Source: Candidatus Limnocylindrales bacterium (GTDB taxonomy: Bacteria > Chloroflexota > Limnocylindria > Limnocylindrales > CSP1-4). From it: a stretch of 64,000 nucleotides of DNA. Numbering within the stretch: the first letter of the stretch is position 1; each line of letters opens with the position of its first letter. The stretch spans positions 19,561 through 83,560 of the forward strand of contig JBBSAV010000002.1 of assembly GCA_038251965.1 (NCBI GenBank), in the 5' to 3' direction. The notes under the pieces were generated by a model that saw nothing but the letters and a program-made list of their open reading frames with translations, searched no databases and was not told the DNA's origin. Shown in pieces: positions 29,224 through 38,705 of this stretch. The position numbers and the translations under genes were made by a program.

Positions 29224-29607
29224 CAGTCGTTCTCCGATGGCGGAGGAGCGGACGACGACCGGCTCCGACCGTTCCTGGCTTGATCGTGTGGAATACCGTC
29301 GAGATGGATGATGAGACGGTGACCCGTGATGGCCGAAGCGGTGGGAGTTACGGGGCAGCTACTCGGTTCGGTCGGCCCCGTCGGTCGTATTCAGCTGATC
29401 CGAGGATTGAGGATGAATGCGCCGTTTCCGCAACCTGGGCTCGTAGCCACGCGGTTCCAGCGCTCGCAACGTATCTCCTGCGGGGAGGGGTGCCTATGGC
29501 CCCAAAGAACCACCAGGGGCGGTGCGCCGCGGCACCGACCGGGCCACGCCGGCAACGCGGGTCGGAGGCCACGCCGGAGTATCATCGCCCACCACGCAGG
29601 AGGAACC

Positions 29608-31134
29608 GTGGCAGATACGCACGTACAGGACACCTGGATCAACCCCCGCGACCCCGCCAAGACCGTGGGGCCGGATGGCGAGCCGGCTCGCAGCCGTCGT
29701 GCGCCCTTCTACGCTGACGTGCCCGACGCGCAGTGGGACGACTGGCGCTGGCAGCTCTCCAACCGCGTCAACGACCTGGAGACGTTCGCACAGATCCTGG
29801 AGTTGACCGACAACGAGCGCGAAGGGTTTGGCGCGCCTGACAAGTTCCGTGTGGACATCACGCCCTACTTCATCAGCCTCATCGACCCGGTCGATGGCGA
29901 CGACCCCATCCGCCGCCAGGTGATGCCGCTGGGCGATGAGCAGCAGGCCTTCACGGCGATGATGGAGGACTCCCTTCGCGAGGACCAGCACTCGCCGGTC
30001 CCGGGCCTGGTGCACCGCTATCCCGATCGTGTGCTGATGCTGGTGACCACGCAGTGTGCTTCGTATTGTCGTTACTGCACCCGCTCCCGGATCGTGGGCG
30101 ACGCCAGCCAGAACTTCAACACGCGTGACTTCGAGGCGCAGCTCGACTATCTGCGGCGGACACCCCAGGTGCGTGATGTGCTGCTCTCGGGCGGCGATCC
30201 ACTGACCATGGCGCCCAAACTGCTGGAACGGGTGCTCCGCGGGCTGCGCGAGATCCCGCACATCGAGATCATCCGCCTGGGCACGCGTGTGCCGGTGTTC
30301 ATGCCGCAGCGCGTCGACGATGACCTGTGCCAGATGCTTGAGCAGTACCACCCGGTGTGGGTGAACCTGCATTTCAACCATCCCAACGAGATCACGCCGG
30401 AGGTCTCGCGCGCGGTGGACAAGCTGAGCCGGACCGGCATCCCCATCGGTAACCAGTCGGTGTTGCTGGCGGGCGTGAACGATTGCGTCCACATCCAGCG
30501 TGAGCTGGTCCACAGATTGGTCGAGAACCGCATCCGGCCCTATTACCTCTATCAGTGCGACCTCGTCGAGGGTGCCGGCCACTTCCGCACGCCGGTGGGC
30601 AAGGGCCTGGAGATCATCGAGGGGCTGCGAGGCCATACCAGCGGTTACGCGGTGCCCACCTACGTGGTCGATGCGCCCGGTGGTGGCGGCAAGATCCCGG
30701 TCATGCCCAACTACCTCATCAGCTACTCGGACCACAAGGTCGTGTTGCGCAACTACGAGGGCTACATCACCACCTACGAGGAGCCCACCGAATACAAGCC
30801 CCATGACCGGCGCAGTTGCTCGTATTGCCGCAACCAGCGCTCCGAGCCGGGCCAGGGCGGTGTCCACGCGCTGCTGCAGGGCGACGCCATGTGGATCGAA
30901 CCGGCCGGACATGCCCAGATCCATACCCGCGGCAACACGGAGGCGCATCGTCTGCAGTCACCCGAAAAGTGGGTGCCCTACGGCGTTGGCGCCATCGAGG
31001 GTGAGTCCGCAGCACCGCCGGTGCGGCTCGCTGCCGGCGGGGGGTCCCCTCCTCGCGGGAAGTTCCCCCCTGGCGAGGAGCCGCGGCCGCGCGAGGGTGA
31101 GCCCACGGGCTCCGCGCACGGAGAGTTGCTCTAA
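29608..31134 (+). CDS. kamA: Lysine 2,3-aminomutase (KamA-family radical SAM)
   Basis: CASYCRYCTRSR CxxxCxxC; SPVPGLVHRYPDRVLMLVT; WRWQLSNRV. aggagg RBS 4 nt before GTG 29608. Confidence 0.85.
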   Translation: MADTHVQDTWINPRDPAKTVGPDGEPARSRRAPFYADVPDAQWDDWRWQLSNRVNDLETFAQILELTDNEREGFGAPDKFRVDITPYFISLIDPVDGDDPIRRQVMPLGDEQQAFTAMMEDSLREDQHSPVPGLVHRYPDRVLMLVTTQCASYCRYCTRSRIVGDASQNFNTRDFEAQLDYLRRTPQVRDVLLSGGDPLTMAPKLLERVLRGLREIPHIEIIRLGTRVPVFMPQRVDDDLCQMLEQYHPVWVNLHFNHPNEITPEVSRAVDKLSRTGIPIGNQSVLLAGVNDCVHIQRELVHRLVENRIRPYYLYQCDLVEGAGHFRTPVGKGLEIIEGLRGHTSGYAVPTYVVDAPGGGGKIPVMPNYLISYSDHKVVLRNYEGYITTYEEPTEYKPHDRRSCSYCRNQRSEPGQGGVHALLQGDAMWIEPAGHAQIHTRGNTEAHRLQSPEKWVPYGVGAIEGESAAPPVRLAAGGGSPPRGKFPPGEEPRPREGEPTGSAHGELL

Positions 31135-31140
31135 GCGCGC

Positions 31141-31605
31141 ATGAGCTTCCTCAAGCGCCTGTTCGGGGGTGGTGATGCCGAGGGCCAGGTCGGATCCGGC
31201 CGGGGCGGATCCGGCGCGGACGGTCAGGCTGCGGGTGATGCCGAGTGGCGCCGCTCGGCCGAGGCGACCTTCGATGCACATGCCCACAAGCACAGGGTGA
31301 CCGTCTGGATTCGCCTCTATGACCCCAGCTTCGAGACGGTTCGTGAGCAACAGCGGTTGTTCGCGCTGGAAAACCGCGTCATCCGAACGCTGGACGAGGC
31401 CGGCGCCGGCGAACACGACACCAACTCGCTGGAGTCAGGCTATCTGGCCCTGCGCCTGATCGGCGAGGATGCTGATGCCATCGTGGCGGTGCTGGACCCG
31501 CTGCTGGCCGACGCGCCAGAGGGCAGCTACCTCGCCGTGCGTCGCGGGCCGTCCGGCACCGGTGAGGACCGCATCGACGTGGGTCCCCGGTCGGGTGGAG
31601 CCTGA
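31141..31605 (+). CDS. Hypothetical protein
   Basis: Starts 6 nt after the kamA stop. Gly-rich N-terminus followed by a compact acidic domain. No motif recognised. Confidence 0.5.
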   Translation: MSFLKRLFGGGDAEGQVGSGRGGSGADGQAAGDAEWRRSAEATFDAHAHKHRVTVWIRLYDPSFETVREQQRLFALENRVIRTLDEAGAGEHDTNSLESGYLALRLIGEDADAIVAVLDPLLADAPEGSYLAVRRGPSGTGEDRIDVGPRSGGA

Positions 31606-31607
31606 CG

Positions 31608-32021
31608 ATGCAGCTGCGCGACACACCCGGGCTCCCCGACGCCTCGATCCAGCCGCCCACCGTCGCCACACCTGGCGACGCCTTCAGTCAGCTGCGGGTG
31701 GTCCACCTGCTGGCCCGCATCCCGCGCGGTGGCAGCGTCCGCGTTCGGGACATCGTCGACCAGCTCAATGCCGACTACCTCGACTGGTCGTTCTCGCGTG
31801 AGGTCGTCGTTGCCACGGTGGTGCAACTCCGGGCCAACTGGCTCACGGACTACCGCAACAGCGATGGCATCGTGCTGGCCGAGGGTCCTTCCGGACCGCA
31901 CGTCGCGATCGAGGACAGTAGCCGTGTCGATCCCTGGATCGCGCGCCAGGCGCAGCGGCTGTACGCCGCCTGTGATGACCAGTTGCGCACCTTCGCCATC
32001 GAGGAGGGCGGCGCTGCCTGA
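31608..32021 (+). CDS. Hypothetical protein (possible winged-helix-like)
   Basis: Starts 2 nt after the previous stop; protein-like composition. No motif recognised. Confidence 0.5.
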   Translation: MQLRDTPGLPDASIQPPTVATPGDAFSQLRVVHLLARIPRGGSVRVRDIVDQLNADYLDWSFSREVVVATVVQLRANWLTDYRNSDGIVLAEGPSGPHVAIEDSSRVDPWIARQAQRLYAACDDQLRTFAIEEGGAA

Positions 32022-32073
32022 CCGGCCGTGCCGGCTGCCTGACCGGCCGTGCCGGCTGCCTGACCGCCGCGGG
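32014..32073. repeat. 21-nt tandem repeat (2.8 copies) spanning the stop codon of the upstream ORF
   Basis: ctgcctgaccggccgtgccgg occurs twice, followed by partial ctgcctgaccgccgcggg. Each copy carries ccggc-cgt-gccgg hairpin potential. Confidence 0.9.
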
Positions 32074-32075
32074 CC

Positions 32076-33146
32076 TCAGTCGCGGACGCGGTAGATGGCG
32101 TCGATGACCGAGATGGAGGGCTCGATCGGTGCCTCCCACAGGTTGGTCAGGAAGACGACCGCCAGCCCTGCCGCCGGATCCACCCAGATGCGGCCACCGG
32201 AGATGCCGCCGTGGGTGAAGGCCGACTCGGTCCCGGGCCAATCGGGGTGCGGCTTGCGCCAACCAAGGGCCTGTCGCACTTCTTGCTCCATGCCATCGGC
32301 TGAAGCGTGGGCCAGGCCACCGGTCTGGTCGCGCGACATCTCGTCGATGGCCGCGTGCGACAGCACGCGTGGGCCCGGATTTGAGGGGTCTGCTGGCAGC
32401 AGCGATCGCCCCAGTGCCAACAGGTCCGGCAGCGTGCCGAACATGCCGCCGCCGGGCATCTGGGCCATGGCCAGGAAACGCAGCAGCACCATCTGCACCA
32501 AGCGGTTGTCGACTCCGAAGCCCTGCACGGGGATGACGCGATCTCGGAGCGGGCGGGCGTCAAAGGTGGTATCGATCATGCCCAGCGGCTCGGTCAGGCG
32601 CATCGCCAGAGCATCCGCGAAGGACGTGCCGCTTAGGCAAGCCATCGTTTCGGCCAGCAGGATGAACGTTACGGAGCAATAAGCATAGGCGCATCCGGGC
32701 TCGGTGAGAGGTTTGCTGGTGTACACGAACTCCAGCGCACGCCGGTATGTCGGCCGCTCGCGCCGCAGCGATTCGACCGGCATGTCCGGCAACCCCGAGG
32801 TGTGCGTCAGCACGTGCCAGGCGCTGATGCCTTCGAGCGCGGTGCCGGCCAGTTCGGGCAGGTAGCGCGCGAGGGGCTGGTGCAGCTGTAACCGGCCCTC
32901 ATCGACGTACCGCATCACGGCCGTGGACACGATGGCCTTGGTGACCGAGGCCAGGAAGAAGACGCTGTCGAGTTCGGGATCGCCACCGGGGCCGCCGACG
33001 AAGCGAACGGCCGAACGGCCGGCCGGGTCGATGATGCCGAAGGCGGCACAGGGGATGGTGCCATCGGCAACAGCGGCCGCTGCCACGTCACGTGCCGGGT
33101 CGAGGTCGATGACGAGGGTGTCGGGTCGTTCGGCAGTAGTCGTCAT
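32076..33146 (-). CDS. Serine hydrolase, beta-lactamase/esterase family
   Basis: SVTK (SxxK) in FFLASVTKAIVSTAVM; YAYCSV (YxN-like region); about 356 aa. Confidence 0.8.
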   Translation of the reverse strand: MTTTAERPDTLVIDLDPARDVAAAAVADGTIPCAAFGIIDPAGRSAVRFVGGPGGDPELDSVFFLASVTKAIVSTAVMRYVDEGRLQLHQPLARYLPELAGTALEGISAWHVLTHTSGLPDMPVESLRRERPTYRRALEFVYTSKPLTEPGCAYAYCSVTFILLAETMACLSGTSFADALAMRLTEPLGMIDTTFDARPLRDRVIPVQGFGVDNRLVQMVLLRFLAMAQMPGGGMFGTLPDLLALGRSLLPADPSNPGPRVLSHAAIDEMSRDQTGGLAHASADGMEQEVRQALGWRKPHPDWPGTESAFTHGGISGGRIWVDPAAGLAVVFLTNLWEAPIEPSISVIDAIYRVRD

Positions 33147-33154
33147 GTCGGCCG

Positions 33155-33496
33155 ATGATAGGACGCGTGACCCGAGATGAGTACATTGCCGCCGTCCGCG
33201 CCCTCATCGGTGAAGGCGAGCGCCTGTCTGGATATCCCTCGATGGTGGCCCTGCAGACCTGGATCGCCGGCTCCGACGAGCTGCTGCGCAACGCCTGGGG
33301 CTCCATGGACCGCTATCACCTCTCGTGGCTGATGGTGGGCCGGCCCGCCGATGCCGTCCGTGGGCGTGCCATGACCCCGGACGAAGAGGCCGAATACGTC
33401 CGTGACGTGGCCCGCGCCAAGACCGCAGCGCTGCGGATGAGCCTCAAGGCTGTCGAGGATGACGACATGCCCTTCCTGGGTGAGTCGCCGGCATAG
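33155..33496 (+). CDS. Hypothetical protein
   Basis: 113-aa ORF with protein-like composition. No motif recognised. Confidence 0.4.
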   Translation: MIGRVTRDEYIAAVRALIGEGERLSGYPSMVALQTWIAGSDELLRNAWGSMDRYHLSWLMVGRPADAVRGRAMTPDEEAEYVRDVARAKTAALRMSLKAVEDDDMPFLGESPA

Positions 33497-33633
33497 GGGC
33501 GTCGAGGCGATCGGGTACCACGCGACTATTGCTTCCCAGCGTGCAGAGGACTACGGTGCAGCTCTGCCGCGGTCGTGCTACCCAGGCGGGGGGCGCATCG
33601 ACCGGCACGCCTGCGGGCCTTCGGGAGGACTCG

Positions 33634-34959
33634 ATGATGATGTCCCAAGGACGGTGGTGGCTTACCCGCCCTCGCCTGCTCACCCTCGCGGTGTTGCTGG
33701 CAACGCTTAGCCTGGCACTCACCTCCGTGGCCATGGCTCCGGCGGTATTGGGGGCCAGTGGGCCCCAGGTCATCTCCGGCGGCAAGGCCGGGGAGCTCCG
33801 CATCCCCAGCCCCAAGGCCAAGTCGCTCGCACGCCTGGCGCTGCCCAAGGGGAATTGGTTCGTGACGGCCAAGGCGCAGCTTTCGGAAGTGGCTGGTTCG
33901 AACGACCACTTCGGTGTGAACTGCAACCTGAGGGTCGGTTCGCGCTCCGACCGCATCTCCGCGGTTCCGGGGCGGGCCAGTGAGGGCGGCAACGAGGTGC
34001 CGATCCTGCTGACGGTGGCGGGGCGGCTGGGTTCGGCCGGCAAGGCCCGCCTCAGCTGTGTCGGCGAACACCCCGGCGTCCGCATCTCCCACATCCGTAT
34101 CAACGCGATGCGGGTGGGGCGCCTCACCACGCAGGGCATCAGACCGGCTGCCAAGACCACTGGCTCGGGCAAGCCGCGCGTCTTCTCCGGCACACGCGCC
34201 TTCGACGAGATCAATGGGAACGGTGCCTTCCACTCGGTGGCGACCCTGCCGCTGCCCAAAGGCGCCTGGTGGATCGTGGCCAAGGCGGTCGGCTCGGACT
34301 CGTTCGGTGGGGGTATCTTCACTTGTCGCCTCGGGGCTGGGGCGGACTTCGACGAGACCAGATTCGGGCTGCGGTCGCAACACTGGCCCAGCGAGAGCCT
34401 GCCGCTGGCGCTCCAGGTGGTGCATCGCTTCGGATCGGCCGGCGTGGCGCAGCTCATGTGCCTGGGGCCTAACGACTTCGACCTCTCCGACATCGTCATC
34501 ACGGCGGTGAAGGCCGGCAAGCTCACCAACCGCTTCATGGGTAACGGTTCGTCTGGGACGACCGGCTCAGGTTGGTCACGTGTCATCTCTGGCTGGCACA
34601 ACGGCAACCTCACCGTGCCGGTCGGCCAGACCTACCAGACCATCTCGTCCATGCTGCTGCCCAAGGGAAGCTGGATGATCCTGGGCAAGCTCTGGTACTC
34701 GGCTCAGTCGGTGCCGTCGGACTACTTTCGCGACGTGTGCCGAATCGCATTGAAGTCGGGCAAGGACGTGAATGTGCTCGAGTACACCAACAATCCCACG
34801 CGCATCGCGCCCCTGGTCATGAGCCTGGCCCGCAAGATCAAGCATCCGGCCGCGTTGAAGCTGCAATGTGTGAGTTCGCCGATCGGCGGCACGAGTGACG
34901 GCTATTTCGCCAAGCTCACCGCCTTGAAGGCCGGGTCGCTGACCTTCAAGGGGCTCTGA
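33634..34959 (+). CDS. Secreted protein built from three homologous ~135-aa modules
   Basis: gggagga RBS; signal peptide LAVLLATLSLALTSVAMA. Motifs recur in each module: LPKGNWFVTAKA / LPKGAWWIVAKA / LPKGSWMILGKL, and A.L.C.G. Confidence 0.6.
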   Translation: MMMSQGRWWLTRPRLLTLAVLLATLSLALTSVAMAPAVLGASGPQVISGGKAGELRIPSPKAKSLARLALPKGNWFVTAKAQLSEVAGSNDHFGVNCNLRVGSRSDRISAVPGRASEGGNEVPILLTVAGRLGSAGKARLSCVGEHPGVRISHIRINAMRVGRLTTQGIRPAAKTTGSGKPRVFSGTRAFDEINGNGAFHSVATLPLPKGAWWIVAKAVGSDSFGGGIFTCRLGAGADFDETRFGLRSQHWPSESLPLALQVVHRFGSAGVAQLMCLGPNDFDLSDIVITAVKAGKLTNRFMGNGSSGTTGSGWSRVISGWHNGNLTVPVGQTYQTISSMLLPKGSWMILGKLWYSAQSVPSDYFRDVCRIALKSGKDVNVLEYTNNPTRIAPLVMSLARKIKHPAALKLQCVSSPIGGTSDGYFAKLTALKAGSLTFKGL

Positions 34960-35476
34960 CGCGCGAGCGCGCCCCGTACAGCGCCGCCACCACGTAGAGC
35001 ACGAGTCCGGCGACCTGGAGCAGCCCGAACTGGGGTGCCAGCCAGTCGAGGAACGGTGTGGCCTCGACCCGCTCGATGAACGTGCGCGATGAGCCCGGCA
35101 GCATCGCCATGGCCAACAGCCATGTCAGTAGCAGGCCCGCCAGCCAGGCCGGGCCGGCGATAGCAGCAGCCAGGAGCGGGGCGGCTCGGGCCCGGCCCAA
35201 CAACGCCCCGATGGCCCAGCCGCCCACGACCGCCACGCCCAGCAGGCCGGCGCCGAACTCCAGGATGCCTTTCAAGAGCGCCCAGGCGAGAGCCGCCAGC
35301 ACAGCCACGGCCAGCGCCTCAAGGGCGGCCAAGGGGAGCGACGGCGGCTGTCGACGGCGCCCGCCCGGTCGGGATGGGCCCGGCTGGGGCATCGGTCTAC
35401 CGGCCGGTCGGCGGTCGCCCGGTTCCATGTCGCCTGCTTCGATGTCGTCTGTGTCGGCATCGCTCGGTACGGCCAT
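34946..35476 (-). CDS. Hypothetical Pro/Ala-rich membrane protein
   Basis: Acidic/Pro-rich N-terminus followed by 3-4 hydrophobic helices. Convergent 14-nt overlap with the previous gene. Confidence 0.4.
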   Translation of the reverse strand: MAVPSDADTDDIEAGDMEPGDRRPAGRPMPQPGPSRPGGRRRQPPSLPLAALEALAVAVLAALAWALLKGILEFGAGLLGVAVVGGWAIGALLGRARAAPLLAAAIAGPAWLAGLLLTWLLAMAMLPGSSRTFIERVEATPFLDWLAPQFGLLQVAGLVLYVVAALYGARSRVRAP

Positions 35477-35529
35477 GCACCAACTCTAGCGGCGCAGCAT
35501 CGGCTTCAGTCGCTAGACTGAACTCGCTC

Positions 35530-36030
35530 ATGCCACATCCTGCGACCGGACTGCCGCCGTCTGATGCCACCATCGGTCACCCGACCACGGCGGCGCGACT
35601 GCGCGCCGACCGTCGCCTTCCCGAGTTGGCGCTCCAGGCAGCCCTGCGCATCGACGACACACTGCGTGAGCGCCACGACGAGCTGATGCTGCGCCGCTTC
35701 CTGCGCGACTACGACCGGCATATCGAGCAGCTGGCGCGCGCCATCGAGACTGGCGAGGATCGTTTCGTGGTCGTCTACGGCGAGACTCTGGTCCCTATCT
35801 ATCGGCGGCGCGGTGTGCGCATGAACGACGTCGTCACCTTGCTTCGTGGTCTGGAAGAGGCTGCCGTGGCAGGCGGCGTTTCCCTCGACGCCCCGTTCAT
35901 CCGACAGCCCATGGAAGCCTGGGTCGAGCGCATGCGCCACCACCGTCGCCTGCCCGGTGACCACAAGGGCAACAGCGCCGTGCGGTTCGTCTGGAAGGGC
36001 GCCGGCTTCGGCGACGATTCGGTCGTCTGA
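35530..36030 (+). CDS. Hypothetical helical protein
   Basis: ATG 35530; TGATG stop/start junction with the DUF433 gene. No motif recognised with confidence. Confidence 0.5.
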   Translation: MPHPATGLPPSDATIGHPTTAARLRADRRLPELALQAALRIDDTLRERHDELMLRRFLRDYDRHIEQLARAIETGEDRFVVVYGETLVPIYRRRGVRMNDVVTLLRGLEEAAVAGGVSLDAPFIRQPMEAWVERMRHHRRLPGDHKGNSAVRFVWKGAGFGDDSVV

Positions 36031-36335
36031 TGACCATCAAGTGGGTCAAGTCGGACCCGTTGGTGATGAATGGTGAGCCCTTCTGCTACGGCACCCGCCT
36101 CACCGTGCGCAACCTGCTTGAGATGCGGGGCAACGGCCTCACGCCGATGGAGATGATGGCGCAGCATCCCGAGCTCAAGCGCGTCGGCATCGCCGAAGCC
36201 TTCCGCTTCGCGGCCCAGAACCAGGACCGCTATGGCGGCTTCTTCGAAGAGGACGGCTCGATCAGGGGACCCGGCTTCGGCACCGCTGAGGCTGCCACCT
36301 TGCCAGAGCACTTGCGCGAGGCCAGCAGCGCCTAG
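36030..36335 (+). CDS. DUF433-domain protein
   Basis: DPLVMNGEPFCYGTRLTVRNLLEMRGNGLTPMEMMAQHPEL matches the DUF433 pattern. Confidence 0.7.
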   Translation: MTIKWVKSDPLVMNGEPFCYGTRLTVRNLLEMRGNGLTPMEMMAQHPELKRVGIAEAFRFAAQNQDRYGGFFEEDGSIRGPGFGTAEAATLPEHLREASSA

Positions 36336-36386
36336 CGCCTGCCGCTTCGTGTGCACCGTCCACAGCACGTTCATGGCGGGGTTCGT

Positions 36387-37535
36387 ATGACCAAGACGAT
36401 CGGCATCCTGACGGCAGGCGGTGACAGCCCCGGGCTCAACGCGGCCATCCGCGGCGTGGCCAAGACGGCCATCGGCGCCTACGGCATGAACGTCATCGGT
36501 TTTCGCGATGGCTTTCGCGGACTCATGGAGAACCGGTCCGTCCCGCTGGATCGCTCCCAGCTCTCCGGCATCCTGACCGTCGGCGGCACCATCCTGGGGA
36601 CGAGTCGCGACAAGCCCCATCGCATGCTGGTCGGGCAGCAGACCCTGGACATGACCGATGTCATCGTCGAGAACTACCGCAACCACCACCTCGATGCGCT
36701 CGTCTGCCTGGGCGGCGGGGGGACGCAGAAGAACGCCTACCGACTGTACAAGCAGGGCCTCTCCATCGTCACCCTGCCCAAGACCATCGACAACGACGTG
36801 GCCATGACCGATGTCACCTTTGGCTTCGACACCGCATTGGGCATCGCCACCGAGGCCATCGACCGGCTGCACAGCACCGCACACAGCCACCATCGCATCA
36901 TCGTGGTCGAGGTGATGGGCCACAACGCCGGCTGGTTGGCGCTGGGGGCCGGCATCGCTGGGGGTGCGGATGTCATCCTCATCCCCGAGATCCCCTACGA
37001 CATCGAGGTCGTGGCCGAGGCCATCCGCCAGCGGCATCGCATTGGCAGCTCGTTCAGCATCGTGGCCGTATCTGAGGGCGCCATGCCGCAGGAACGGGCC
37101 GAGGCCCTCCACGACGCCGAGGATGCCCTGGCAAAGGCCAAGAAGCGCAAGCGCAAGGGAGCCGCGCGGGACAAGGGCATCAAGGAGTCGCGGGCGCGCA
37201 TCGATGAGATCGCCACGCACCTTAGCAATGCCACCCTGACCTTGTCCGACGAGCTTGAGCGGCGCACCAACCTGGAGTCGCGCATCACCATCCTGGGGCA
37301 CGTGCAGCGCGGCGGCACACCCTCGGCGGCCGACCGCTTACTGGCCACGCGCCTCGGGGCAGCCTGCGCGCAGACCATCGATGAGGGCGAGTTCGGCGTG
37401 ATGATCGCGGCTTCGGGTGAGGAGGCCACCAGGGTGCCGCTCGCCGATGTCGTGGGCAAGCGCAAGACGGTTCCCCTCGACCACACCTGGATCCGCGCGG
37501 CTCGGAGTATCGGGGTGTCACTGGGCGACGCCTGA
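36387..37535 (+). CDS. pfkA: ATP-dependent 6-phosphofructokinase
   Basis: [54 protein letters not shown]. Confidence 0.9.
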   Translation: MTKTIGILTAGGDSPGLNAAIRGVAKTAIGAYGMNVIGFRDGFRGLMENRSVPLDRSQLSGILTVGGTILGTSRDKPHRMLVGQQTLDMTDVIVENYRNHHLDALVCLGGGGTQKNAYRLYKQGLSIVTLPKTIDNDVAMTDVTFGFDTALGIATEAIDRLHSTAHSHHRIIVVEVMGHNAGWLALGAGIAGGADVILIPEIPYDIEVVAEAIRQRHRIGSSFSIVAVSEGAMPQERAEALHDAEDALAKAKKRKRKGAARDKGIKESRARIDEIATHLSNATLTLSDELERRTNLESRITILGHVQRGGTPSAADRLLATRLGAACAQTIDEGEFGVMIAASGEEATRVPLADVVGKRKTVPLDHTWIRAARSIGVSLGDA

Positions 37536-37635
37536 ACCAGGGCGCGAAGCAGGTCCGATCCTGAGGCCGTTGGCCGGCGCCCGGATCGGCACGCGAATCA
37601 AACCCCCTTGGCCCCCGGTGTAGGATTCGCGGACC

Positions 37636-37992
37636 ATGCCAGACCCGACGATCACCAACGATTCCATCGGCCCCACCATCACCTCCACAGAGGAGACGCC
37701 CGCCATCGATCCCGTTCAGCGTTCCCGCGAGCTGGCCGTCCTTGACGCGTTGCGCTCGGTCGTCGATCCGGAGATCGGCATGAACGTGGTCGAGCTGGCG
37801 CTCATCAGGCAGGTCATCCTCGGCGAGGAGCTCAGCGAGGTCAAGATGATCCTGACCACGCCCTTCTGCCCCTATGCCGGCTCGATGATCCAGCAGGTCA
37901 AGGAGGCGGCTGAGGAGGCCGAAGGACACGAAGTCAAGGTCACCTTGTTGGCCGAGCGCTGGGATCCGCGCGACGCCGGCCTGACCTGGTAG
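37636..37992 (+). CDS. DUF59 (SufT/PaaD-like) Fe-S assembly-related protein
   Basis: VLDALRSVVDPEIGMNVVELALI ... TTPFCPYAG. Confidence 0.8.
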   Translation: MPDPTITNDSIGPTITSTEETPAIDPVQRSRELAVLDALRSVVDPEIGMNVVELALIRQVILGEELSEVKMILTTPFCPYAGSMIQQVKEAAEEAEGHEVKVTLLAERWDPRDAGLTW

Positions 37993-38013
37993 CGGGCTTC
38001 GCGAGGCCATCAC

Positions 38014-38646
38014 ATGAGCCCATCCGAAGACCGCGGTCGACGCCAGTCCATCGCCGGCAGCGCCGTTGCCACGGGCAAGGGTGATGACGGCACCACCGGC
38101 CTGCTCTACGGAGGCCGCATCACCAAGGACGACGCCCGCGCCGAGGCCTACGGCACCATCGATGAGGCCGTCGCTTGCCTCGGTGTGGCGCGTGCGGAGG
38201 TCACCGAGTTGGTGGCCGCGGGCTCGCCTCCGGAGTTCATCGTGGGCCTTGGTGACACCCTGCTCAGGCTGCAGCGCGACCTTTTCGTGGCCGGCTCCGA
38301 GCTGGCCACGAACCCGGACGCCTGGGATCGGCTGCGTGACGGCGACACGCGTGTCGACGAAGCGATGCTCATTGTGCTCGAGGAGATGCTCCGTGTTGCC
38401 GAGGCGCGCATGGAGATGCCCCGAGAGTTCGTCGTTCCGGGGGCTGACCGGTTGTCAGCCGCGCTGGAGGTCAGCCGCACCGTGATCCGCCGTGCGGAAC
38501 GCCGCGTCATCGCACTCGATCACGAGCGTCTGGTGCCGGGCGCGTGGCTGATGCCGTACCTCAATCGAATGGCCGACCTGCTGTGGGTATTGGCACGGCT
38601 GGCAGAGCAGGCGGGCGGCCGCGCCACCATCGCGGTGCGTACCTAG
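38014..38646 (+). CDS. PduO-type ATP:cob(I)alamin adenosyltransferase
   Basis: TGKGDDGTTGLLYGGRITKDDARAEAYGTIDE, LQRDLF, YLNRMADLLWVLAR. Confidence 0.85.
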   Translation: MSPSEDRGRRQSIAGSAVATGKGDDGTTGLLYGGRITKDDARAEAYGTIDEAVACLGVARAEVTELVAAGSPPEFIVGLGDTLLRLQRDLFVAGSELATNPDAWDRLRDGDTRVDEAMLIVLEEMLRVAEARMEMPREFVVPGADRLSAALEVSRTVIRRAERRVIALDHERLVPGAWLMPYLNRMADLLWVLARLAEQAGGRATIAVRT

Positions 38647-38705
38647 TGTCGTTCCTGGGCTGCCGGCATCACTTTCGCTAGACTTATCGGTCGAACCTCC
38701 TCCTC

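Noticed and set aside
29224-29607. Lysine (L-box) riboswitch upstream of kamA
   Set aside because: I could not recognise the conserved L-box core by eye. It is only flagged as a long leader to be scanned computationally.
29494-30948. 484-aa minus-strand ORF
   Set aside because: It is antisense to kamA, whose radical-SAM motifs are unambiguous.
35799-37301. 500-aa minus-strand ORF
   Set aside because: It is antisense to the unmistakable pfkA and DUF433 genes and has a shadow-ORF composition.
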